A stretch of 63,927 nt of DNA, counting the filler, from Barthelona sp. PAP020 (lineage: Eukaryota), in assembly GCA_040182905.1 (NCBI GenBank). It is 3 parts of 3 records of this genome, joined end to end, with 100 filler letters (N's around TTAATTAATTAA, not from the genome) between each part and the next. Parts side by side here need not be neighbours in the genome. Positions count along the whole stretch, not along the records: positions 1 to 24,529 come from JARQWU010000153.1; 2 more parts are not named here. One strand, given 5' to 3'. The position numbers and the translations under genes are program-made. Shown here piece after piece: positions 1 through 7,998 of this stretch. The notes under the pieces were generated by a model. It worked only from the letters and a program-made list of their open reading frames with translations, was not told where the DNA came from and searched no databases. Position 1 is the first letter of the stretch; the number at the start of each line of letters is the position of its first letter.

Positions 1-216
1 TCTCGGCTTGGAAATAATTGGCCCGTGCTTCTGAAAAATTGAAAATCTTTTCTAATACATCGTCTCAAAAGTTTCAACCAAATAAAAACTATTCCCTCTA
101 TTTCTCTCATTCACAAAGCGACTTTTGGAAAATTATTTGTCTGTTTTAATAAAAATTCAACAAAAATTGAAAATTTTGTTAAAACTTTCACAAAAAAATG
201 AAAGAAAAATACGAAT

Positions 217-1368
217 TTATAAATTTAATTCTTTCAAAACAACACAACTTGGACATACAGTATTAGAATCTTTCTCTTTATCGTTTTCTTTTTTTCGACT
301 ACTTGATTTCAATGGGTAATAATTTCGAACAAATTGAAAAAAGAAATCTAACTGATTGTCTACTTGATTTAATCCAGCGTACAAATGACTTAAAAAACTC
401 GTCTTGAAATGGTCCAATAAAGTCAATGTAACAGAATCAAATTGAAATGTCCAATTATTTCCGGGAAATTCAAGAGAAAGTTCAACAGCAAAAAACATTT
501 CTTTTACAAAGGAGGAATTATTGTCTGCTATTGAAGAAATCCAAAGCGATTGCACTGACCAAATATTTTTATCTCCTCTTGAACTTGATAAAGGCCCAAT
601 TCCAATAATTTGTCCTTGTATTGTTCTAATTAAAGGTATATTATTAATTAAATGTGTTAAACAAAATCCTTTGTTTTGATTGATATCACAAGGCTTTATT
701 TCACAACTTGAATATGAACTTATTTTCAAACTTAAATTGTCAGAAAACATCCGCGAATCATTCAACATGAGGGTTCTATCAGTTTTTTCAAATTGAAATT
801 GAAGAAAAAAATCGCCTACAATTCTTCTGAAAAGAGACAAAAAATTTTCTTCATATTTGTCAATCATTGATGGATATGCGTATACTAAAGGACATGAACC
901 ATCAGAATCAAAATATATGCCATCTAATGACAACAAATTCGGTAAAACATTTTTAACAATGTTTCGATACTCAACACTTGAATAAGGATAATAACAGTAA
1001 CGTTTTCCAGATATGTATAAATGTTTTAAGCCAATAAGATCATTTAATGAAGGTAATAAACTTTCCAAATTAATTCGGTCCCCTAAACCAGCAATAATTA
1101 AAGTATGAGGATTTAAATTGTATTTATTTATCAAATTAATCACATTTTTTACTGTTTGAAATGTTTGAAAACATAAATCAATCATTTCAATATCATTTCC
1201 CCTTTGTTTTAATTCTTCTTCAACATATGTATAATCTATTTTCGTATGGTCATTTCGATTTAATGATAATAGGTGTAATGTTTGATTATACATATAAACA
1301 TTGTTTTGGATTTTTTTTGGATTTTTTGAATTTGTTTGATTTTTATTCTTTTTTTCAACAATTATCAC
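217..1368 (-). CDS. Divergent LRR + NTF2-like protein, possibly mRNA export factor NXF1/Mex67; start uncertain
   Basis: LRR-cap motif YRNIVKNVLPNLLSLDG followed by FRRIVGDFF..FEKTDRTLML, resembling the NXF1 LRR to NTF2L junction. The ORF start is GTG, so the real start is unresolved. Confidence 0.4.
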   Translation of the reverse strand: MIIVEKKNKNQTNSKNPKKIQNNVYMYNQTLHLLSLNRNDHTKIDYTYVEEELKQRGNDIEMIDLCFQTFQTVKNVINLINKYNLNPHTLIIAGLGDRINLESLLPSLNDLIGLKHLYISGKRYCYYPYSSVEYRNIVKNVLPNLLSLDGIYFDSDGSCPLVYAYPSMIDKYEENFLSLFRRIVGDFFLQFQFEKTDRTLMLNDSRMFSDNLSLKISSYSSCEIKPCDINQNKGFCLTHLINNIPLIRTIQGQIIGIGPLSSSRGDKNIWSVQSLWISSIADNNSSFVKEMFFAVELSLEFPGNNWTFQFDSVTLTLLDHFKTSFLSHLYAGLNQVDNQLDFFFQFVRNYYPLKSSSRKKENDKEKDSNTVCPSCVVLKELNL

Positions 1369-1596
1369 CTAATATTAGAATTAGGGATAATAATATTTCA
1401 CTGGTAAAAATAATCAATTTTCCTTTATTTTCATTATTGATAATAAGATTTGTTCACATTCATATTCATATAATAAAATATACACTTTTATAATTATCAA
1501 TTAAAAGAAAGAAAAGAGCAATTTAAAATTGTCAATTGGAAAGACATTGAAAGGGAAAGATCATTTTTGACTTTTTTCTTTAAAGAAATTTAAAAC

Positions 1597-2553
1597 ATGT
1601 TAGTTCTTATTGCTGATTCTTTTTCAAATGATGGTATTGAAACCCTCAAAAATGCTGGTCATGAAATTGTTTTTGATTCCAGTTTGAAGGAAGCTGCCTT
1701 GAAAGAAGCTCTTGAAAAGCATAATCCTGAAGTCTTAGTTGTTCGTTCAACTAAGGTTCCTGAAGATATGTTAACTGTTGCTTCTAATCTTAAATTCATT
1801 ATTCGTGCCGGTGCTGGTTATAATACTATTGCTTTTGAAAAGGCTGGTGAAATGGGAATTGCTGTTTCCAACGTTCCTGGAGTCAACTCTATTGCGGTTG
1901 CTGAATTGACAATGGCTTTAGCTTTGGCTATGGACCGTAAGATTGCTGATAATGTCATCACTATTCGCAGTAATAAGTGGAATAAGAAGAAATTCTCAAA
2001 GGCTGCTGGTATGTACGGAAAGACTTTTGGTATTATTGGATTTGGTAACATTGGTTATCATGTTGCAACTCGTGCCAAAGCTTTTGGTATGGATGTTTTA
2101 GCCTATGATCCTGGTAGAACTGCTGAAGATATTGCTTCTTTTGATGTTGAACCATGTTCTGATATGTTAGATCTTGTTGCACGTTCTGATTTCATTTCTG
2201 TTCATGTTCCTTTAATCAAACCCACTAAGGGAATGATTAATCGTGAATTTGTTGATACAATGAAGCCAGGTGCTTGTGTTTTAAACATGTCTCGTGGTGG
2301 AATCCATGATGATGAAGCATTGTTGTATGGTATGAATGAAAGAGGAATTTTTGTTTGTGCTGATGTTTTCAATAATGAACCTGCAGCCACAGAGGCTGAT
2401 TTTACTGATGCTGTTGCTCAACATCCCAGCTGTTATGGTACTTGTCACATTGGTGCCTCTACAGAACAAGCCACTGCCGCCATTGGTGAAAGAACTGTTG
2501 AAATGATCCTTCATTATGCTGAAACTCAAGAAACTCTTCATCGCGTTAATTAA
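1597..2553 (+). CDS. serA: D-3-phosphoglycerate dehydrogenase / D-2-hydroxyacid dehydrogenase, short form without ACT domain
   Basis: VVRSTKV, RAGAGYNTI, NSIAVAEL, Rossmann GIIGFGNIG, NMSRGG, DVFNNEP, catalytic HIGAST; strongly biased codon usage (GCT/GGT/CGT). Confidence 0.8.
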   Translation: MLVLIADSFSNDGIETLKNAGHEIVFDSSLKEAALKEALEKHNPEVLVVRSTKVPEDMLTVASNLKFIIRAGAGYNTIAFEKAGEMGIAVSNVPGVNSIAVAELTMALALAMDRKIADNVITIRSNKWNKKKFSKAAGMYGKTFGIIGFGNIGYHVATRAKAFGMDVLAYDPGRTAEDIASFDVEPCSDMLDLVARSDFISVHVPLIKPTKGMINREFVDTMKPGACVLNMSRGGIHDDEALLYGMNERGIFVCADVFNNEPAATEADFTDAVAQHPSCYGTCHIGASTEQATAAIGERTVEMILHYAETQETLHRVN

Positions 2554-2623
2554 ATAAGATAACATGTTTCCTTCGTGTGTAAATGTAGTGTTTTTTGGTT
2601 TTTTTACTAAAAAAAAATATTTT

Positions 2624-3889
2624 TTATTGATTGTTTATCATTGTATTGAATATTTTTGTTTTTTGGGAGTCTGACAAAGTATGTGATGATGCAAAAATTT
2701 TGCTTCCATGTTTGATGTCATCAACACTATCTATTTGCTCAAAATTTTCATCGTAAAGAAATCTGATTGGCCCAGTTATGGAAGGTATATGTGTTTGTAA
2801 TTGAAGACAAAAGCTGTTAATGGTCTTTGTTCGCAATTTGTTTAATACTATGACGACTTTACTTGACCCATCAATGTTTAGCACATGAACAGTGGGAGTT
2901 TCATGTTTGTTCATCTTCATTGTTGATATTGGGGCTCGTCGCCTTGTTGTTGCTTGAACTTTTAAGCGCAATCTAGGTAAAGGTATTATGTTGCGAACTT
3001 CGTAAATTCTTCTTTCTTTTATTGGATGTATTGGATTATGAACAATAATCCTTTCTAGCCTCCAGATCGAATTCAAACATTTAATTTCCATTCCAACTGT
3101 TGATATCAATTTTGGTAGTTGATCCCCATGAAAGAGGCTGTGAGGAATGTGTTCACTGTCTTTGAAAAATTTCTTCAGTTCAGTTATTGATGAAAGGTCT
3201 TTTGGAATTTCCAAAATGTGACAATCTTTGCATCCAAGTTTTGACGAAAAAATAAATACTTCTTTCATGAGATCATTTGAGCAAAGTAAAGCTTCATCCG
3301 AGTTCTTTTGTTTTACCATAACTCTTTGCCCAGACTCGATTAATGTAATATCTAAGAGAGAACCATCAGGATGGCAAAGATCTATTTCTGTTGTTGGATG
3401 TAGTTGAAGATTTCCTAAAATACATTGTTTTAAGGATATCAAACTTCTCAAGGCATTTGTAGGTATCTTTACATAAATTCTTTGGGGATCTCCATCTATT
3501 TGCATTTCCAACATCAACGGTATTGTTTTTGAATTTGTTATAATACTCCTTGTATTTATTATTCTGTTACTGTCAACTGAGTCATTATCATTGAAGCAAC
3601 TTGAATGTACTGCTTTTTTCAATTTATTTAACAACTGAATGGATCTTTCTTTCCCAAATTGCATTGGAGTTGCAATATAATGACGATTCTTTTCCAGCTC
3701 ATTTACTCTTCGAATTTTTTCACCTTCAAGACTGTATAAATATGAAATAGTTCCACAAGGTGTTGGTAGTGTATTTCTGATATGCGTAAGAAGTTGAGTA
3801 ATTGTTCTGAAAATTGTTGTGTCTATTCCGATTTCATACCCTTCATTGCTACAATCACCCCACAAATACAACTTTACTCGAGTATACAT
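2624..3889 (-). CDS. Protein with tandem doublecortin (DCX)-like domains
   Basis: N-terminal ISYLYSLEGEKIRRVNELEKNRHYIA and C-terminal IRFLYDENFEQIDSVDDIKHGSKIFAS match the DCX pattern; two more degenerate copies lie between. Confidence 0.6.
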   Translation of the reverse strand: MYTRVKLYLWGDCSNEGYEIGIDTTIFRTITQLLTHIRNTLPTPCGTISYLYSLEGEKIRRVNELEKNRHYIATPMQFGKERSIQLLNKLKKAVHSSCFNDNDSVDSNRIINTRSIITNSKTIPLMLEMQIDGDPQRIYVKIPTNALRSLISLKQCILGNLQLHPTTEIDLCHPDGSLLDITLIESGQRVMVKQKNSDEALLCSNDLMKEVFIFSSKLGCKDCHILEIPKDLSSITELKKFFKDSEHIPHSLFHGDQLPKLISTVGMEIKCLNSIWRLERIIVHNPIHPIKERRIYEVRNIIPLPRLRLKVQATTRRRAPISTMKMNKHETPTVHVLNIDGSSKVVIVLNKLRTKTINSFCLQLQTHIPSITGPIRFLYDENFEQIDSVDDIKHGSKIFASSHTLSDSQKTKIFNTMINNQ

Positions 3890-3987
3890 TTTAAGTATTT
3901 ATCATAATACTGACCTTACAAAATGGTGGATTGAACACCTAGTAAAAAAAAATATACAGTAATTTACAGTATTTTAAAAATGATATC

Positions 3988-4281
3988 CTAATGCTTGAAT
4001 TCTACCACTTGAACATTGACACCTTTGATAACCTTTAAGTGGTTGATAAGGTCTTGACTGAGTCCAGGGCGTTTTGAATCCAATGCTAACATCATGATTC
4101 CTTCTGTAGAGCATTTATTATCTTCACAATCATGAATACCAAGACGAGTTTTAACACAACAACCATGATTATGAATCTCTTTCTGAACAGAATTGGCAGC
4201 GAGATCTCTATTCAATACTTGAAGTAAAACAAATTTGTGAGTAATATTTCTTATTGTTTTTGAAATGGCAGATTTTAACAT
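3988..4281 (-). CDS. TM1266-like small ACT-fold protein ('iron-only hydrogenase system regulator' family) with short N-terminal presequence
   Basis: NRDLAANSVQKEIHNHGCCVKTRLGIHD..C..EGIMML ... LKVIKGVNVQ matches the family pattern; N-terminal extension MLKSAISKTIRN. Confidence 0.7.
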   Translation of the reverse strand: MLKSAISKTIRNITHKFVLLQVLNRDLAANSVQKEIHNHGCCVKTRLGIHDCEDNKCSTEGIMMLALDSKRPGLSQDLINHLKVIKGVNVQVVEFKH

Positions 4282-4493
4282 AACACAAGATCAACAAAAT
4301 AAAATGTTGTGTTAAATTGGTTTCTTTTGATCATTCTTGAACCTTTGATTTGATTCGTTTTGGTTTCTTTTTTGATTTTGTTGCAGCTTTTTATTTTAAC
4401 AGAAAAGAATAATAAGCAGTATTGTTTTCATAAATTTTTTTGCGAATATTGGTAACTTTCAGAAAGAAAACTGTTGTGTAAAAGTTAAAGAAT

Positions 4494-4781
4494 ATGACGG
4501 TTGCACAATGGGATGAATCACACATTGAGACCATATTAGAACCATTACAAGTTGATGAACCATTGATGGAAACCTATTCGACAGCATCTTCTTCAATAAT
4601 ATCATATGTTGCTGCAGTTGATAATTTTGATATAATTGAAGAAATTTACCAATATCCTGATCAATTATATGATTTGGAAAATATTGTAAGTTTTGATAGC
4701 AACACACAAGAAGCCAATTCTCCAGACAATTTAGGGATATTATTGACTCAACATAAAAGTTATTTGCTCTTCACACCATAG
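4494..4781 (+). CDS. GatC-like small protein (Asp/Glu-tRNA amidotransferase subunit C-like), tentative
   Basis: 95 aa; SSIISYVAAVDNFD, DLENIVSFD and terminal SYLLFTP are spaced like GatC's SILDYVEQLNEVD, DLKNVLRED and GYFKVP. Confidence 0.4.
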   Translation: MTVAQWDESHIETILEPLQVDEPLMETYSTASSSIISYVAAVDNFDIIEEIYQYPDQLYDLENIVSFDSNTQEANSPDNLGILLTQHKSYLLFTP

Positions 4782-4948
4782 TTTTGATTCATGTTTAATA
4801 ACTCAACAATTTTTTTCTTTAGTCAGTGAACAAAAAATGGTTGAATTTTTTTTTGATTGTTTTTTTTATTCTTTTGAAATGAGTTTTTATAAATAAAAAA
4901 GAATAATAATTTATAGTGAAAACAAAACACAAAATTTTATTGACATAA

Positions 4949-6286
4949 TTATTCATATTTTTTTTGAAGTTGAGAAATTTGTGCTAATCTGTTACCAATT
5001 GGAGGATGAGAATGTGTTAGTTTTGCGACCAAAGTATCTGGAGTGATTAATCCATGATTTGAAAGAGTACACAATGAAACCAAACCTTCTCCCAATTTAC
5101 AATTTTCTTTAAGAGTATTGCAAGCAAATTCATCTGCTTGAAATTCCATCTTCCAAGAGAAGTTATTCAAAACAAAATTGAGTAACAGATCAAAAGGTGT
5201 TAATAACATGGAATAAATACCGAATTGCAACAAAATAGGAATATTCATCTCATCAACAAACCAAAAATCTTTGGCAAAGTAAGTCATATAATGCTCAACA
5301 AAGATATACAAGCATAAATAGAAAATCAAATGAAATTGGTTAAAAATTAGCATCTTACCACTATGATGATGCTTATTGTGACCTATTTCATGTGCAATAA
5401 CAGAAAGGATTTCATCATTTTCCAATTCATTGATCACATTGTCAAAAATAACCAATTTCTTGGGTAAAAATGGTAAAACACTGAACATAAAGGCATTGCC
5501 ATGTTTTGTTCGTTTGGAAGCATCCATTATTTGGATGGATTTGATGTTGAAATTCACTTCTTGCGCATAAGTAAGAATTTTATCATAAAGTTCCCCTTCT
5601 TCCAATTTTTCGAACTTATTGAACATAGGCATGAATATGTAAAGATACAAATAGTTAAAAATTAATTGAAAAATTAAAATTCCCAAAAATACATATATTA
5701 GTGTTTGAGTTGATATTTTTTTCAACATTAAGATAGATAAAAATATAATTAAAGGCAAAATAAAGATAGAAATAACGCTAGACTTGAAAAAATCTTTAAA
5801 AAATTGTTTCAAGGTATTTGTATTGAAACCATGGCGCTCTTCAATAACAAATGAATTATACCAACTCCATGGAAGCTTTAAAGTTCGTAAAATTAAAGAA
5901 AAACTCAGAATTAAAAGAATAGAAACAAGATATTCATTTTGTGTAAATTGTTGAAAAAAATCCCATCCGTATTTAATTAAAGGAAAAAATAGATATAAAT
6001 ATGAACTGGGCAAAGTGATAAGAGTTTTCAATAAACCAAAACATAAGTTATCATTTTGATAATCCTGATTTTTATTAATATCTTCTTCACTAACATTTTC
6101 TTTAATTAATTGATGAACTTCTTTCTTTTTATTCGCAGAAAATTTTCTTTGATACAAATATAAATTGAATAAATCGTTTAGTATGCTTATGAAAATTATA
6201 AGTGCTCGATAAATCATAAGATTTAGAAGAATTGAAAAAAAAAAAAGAGTAAACATTCGAGGAAATTGTGATTTAAAACCTTCCAT
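4949..6286 (-). CDS. STE24: CAAX prenyl protease 1 (M48 zinc metalloprotease)
   Basis: Multi-TM; FVIEERHGFN, MDASKRTKHGNAF, zinc motif HEIGH, EFQAD, HSHPP..RL. Confidence 0.93.
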   Translation of the reverse strand: MEGFKSQFPRMFTLFFFSILLNLMIYRALIIFISILNDLFNLYLYQRKFSANKKKEVHQLIKENVSEEDINKNQDYQNDNLCFGLLKTLITLPSSYLYLFFPLIKYGWDFFQQFTQNEYLVSILLILSFSLILRTLKLPWSWYNSFVIEERHGFNTNTLKQFFKDFFKSSVISIFILPLIIFLSILMLKKISTQTLIYVFLGILIFQLIFNYLYLYIFMPMFNKFEKLEEGELYDKILTYAQEVNFNIKSIQIMDASKRTKHGNAFMFSVLPFLPKKLVIFDNVINELENDEILSVIAHEIGHNKHHHSGKMLIFNQFHLIFYLCLYIFVEHYMTYFAKDFWFVDEMNIPILLQFGIYSMLLTPFDLLLNFVLNNFSWKMEFQADEFACNTLKENCKLGEGLVSLCTLSNHGLITPDTLVAKLTHSHPPIGNRLAQISQLQKKYE

Positions 6287-6333
6287 TGTTTAATATTCAA
6301 TATTTATTGATGAATTTATTAATTTTTTAAGTT

Positions 6334-7086
6334 ATGAAATGTATTATATGTGAAAAAGATTCAAAATACAGATGTCCGAATTGTAGAAATCCTTATTGTT
6401 GTTCAAATTGTTTTAAAATTCATAAACAACAATCTAAATGTGAATCTACATCAAATGTCGAAAGATTTATTGATTTAAAACAATTTAATAACAATATTTT
6501 TGACAGAGATTTAACTTTTTTAAGTAACTCAAGTTTAACTGTGGAATTATCTAAAAGACAATTAAATCAAATAGAAAGTAATAATAAAAATAGAATATCT
6601 AAACGTTTTTCAAATTTGAAAAAATTTTGTTCAGATTTCAACATTTCCATAAATTTTCAACCAAATGTTTTTCAAAAACATTTGATTAATGACTCTTATT
6701 ATGATTTTCAAAGCAAAAGTTTAAAATTTCACTGTAGATTTCATTTTTTGGAAAACTTTCTTGGTAATACCTTTTTTGACTTGAAAGCTTCTTCTTCAAA
6801 TTTTACTTATACTATCAAAGAATTGTTTGATTTGATGACAAATGATATTCCTGCTTTACGACAAACTTTAATTTCCCATGGGTATGAGTCACCATCTTTT
6901 TGCTTTGTTAAAAATGGCACAAATGTGGACAAAGCTCAACTTAAATATTGTCAAGCCAATCATACATTGATTGATATTCTGATGGATGAGACGATTGAAG
7001 AATTTCCAGAGTTTATTGTTGCAAAGAATTTAGAAGGTCTTAATGACAGAGTCACACAATCTTTTGTTTTGTTTGTTCACAAATAG
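6334..7086 (+). CDS. BCD1: Box C/D snoRNA biogenesis protein (zf-HIT), BCD1/ZNHIT6-like
   Basis: N-terminal CxxC..YRCPNC..CCS.CFKIHK..C HIT finger; DLTFL segment; C-terminal TIEEFPEF. Confidence 0.8.
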   Translation: MKCIICEKDSKYRCPNCRNPYCCSNCFKIHKQQSKCESTSNVERFIDLKQFNNNIFDRDLTFLSNSSLTVELSKRQLNQIESNNKNRISKRFSNLKKFCSDFNISINFQPNVFQKHLINDSYYDFQSKSLKFHCRFHFLENFLGNTFFDLKASSSNFTYTIKELFDLMTNDIPALRQTLISHGYESPSFCFVKNGTNVDKAQLKYCQANHTLIDILMDETIEEFPEFIVAKNLEGLNDRVTQSFVLFVHK

Positions 7087-7998
7087 TCGTTCTTTTTGCC
7101 CACCTTCACTCGAAAAGTTTTTAAAGTTTTTTAATTTTGAAATTGGTGCATCGATGAATAAATGAAATATTTTTTGATTTTTATTTAAATTTAGGCAACT
7201 GATGTGGCCAGTAAACTGCCTAAATTCTGCTTCAAAATTGTATTTTCACATCTCAAACAAGATTACTTCTTCATAAGTTTGATAGGTGAAAAAATTTTGT
7301 TGTAAATATCAGATGGTTTTCTTTTGCTATTTCACCTCATAACACATATTTATTCCAAGAAAAATGTTGGGTAATGAAATAAAGATGATATAAAAATGTT
7401 CAATGCTACCTGATTGTGAAGCTTCTTGGCAAATCCCCAATCTTTGTCAGACTCAATGTCAGCAAAATGAGTAAGAGTCGCATGACTTCATTGGAAGTGA
7501 ACAAAGTGATGAAATTGTGATAACTATGATGATTGGTTGGCTAGAAAAAGTCAAAACCATTTGTTTAGGATATTCCGCAATATGACAAAACAATCAAAAA
7601 GTTTTGCTTTATTTATTAATTCACTGATATTCAACATTTTCATTCTTCACCAGTTTGCATATCAAATTCGTATTCCCCTGACCACTTATTTTGTTTGATT
7701 ATTTTATAGCAACAAAAAACAGGCAAATGATTGTTTTAATCAAATAAACTCTTTAAAATGAATTTTGAAAGTCTCAACAAATTTGATGTTCTCAAGTTTG
7801 GTGTTTGACATGCATTTAAAAATTCAATAATGAAAAAGAAAAAAACACAATTTATCAGTTTTATCAACAATACAATCAAAAAATGGATTAAATCCACCAT
7901 TTTTAAAATCATTTGCAACAATTATCAAAATATAAAATGAACAGAATGTGATAAGATGTGCAAGCGATTAAAAAAAAAAAGAATTTGAATTTTAACAA

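Noticed and set aside
7148..7158. GCATCGATGAA, the start of the conserved 5.8S rRNA motif
   Set aside because: Only 11 nt match; the following GAACGCAGC and any rRNA context are absent.
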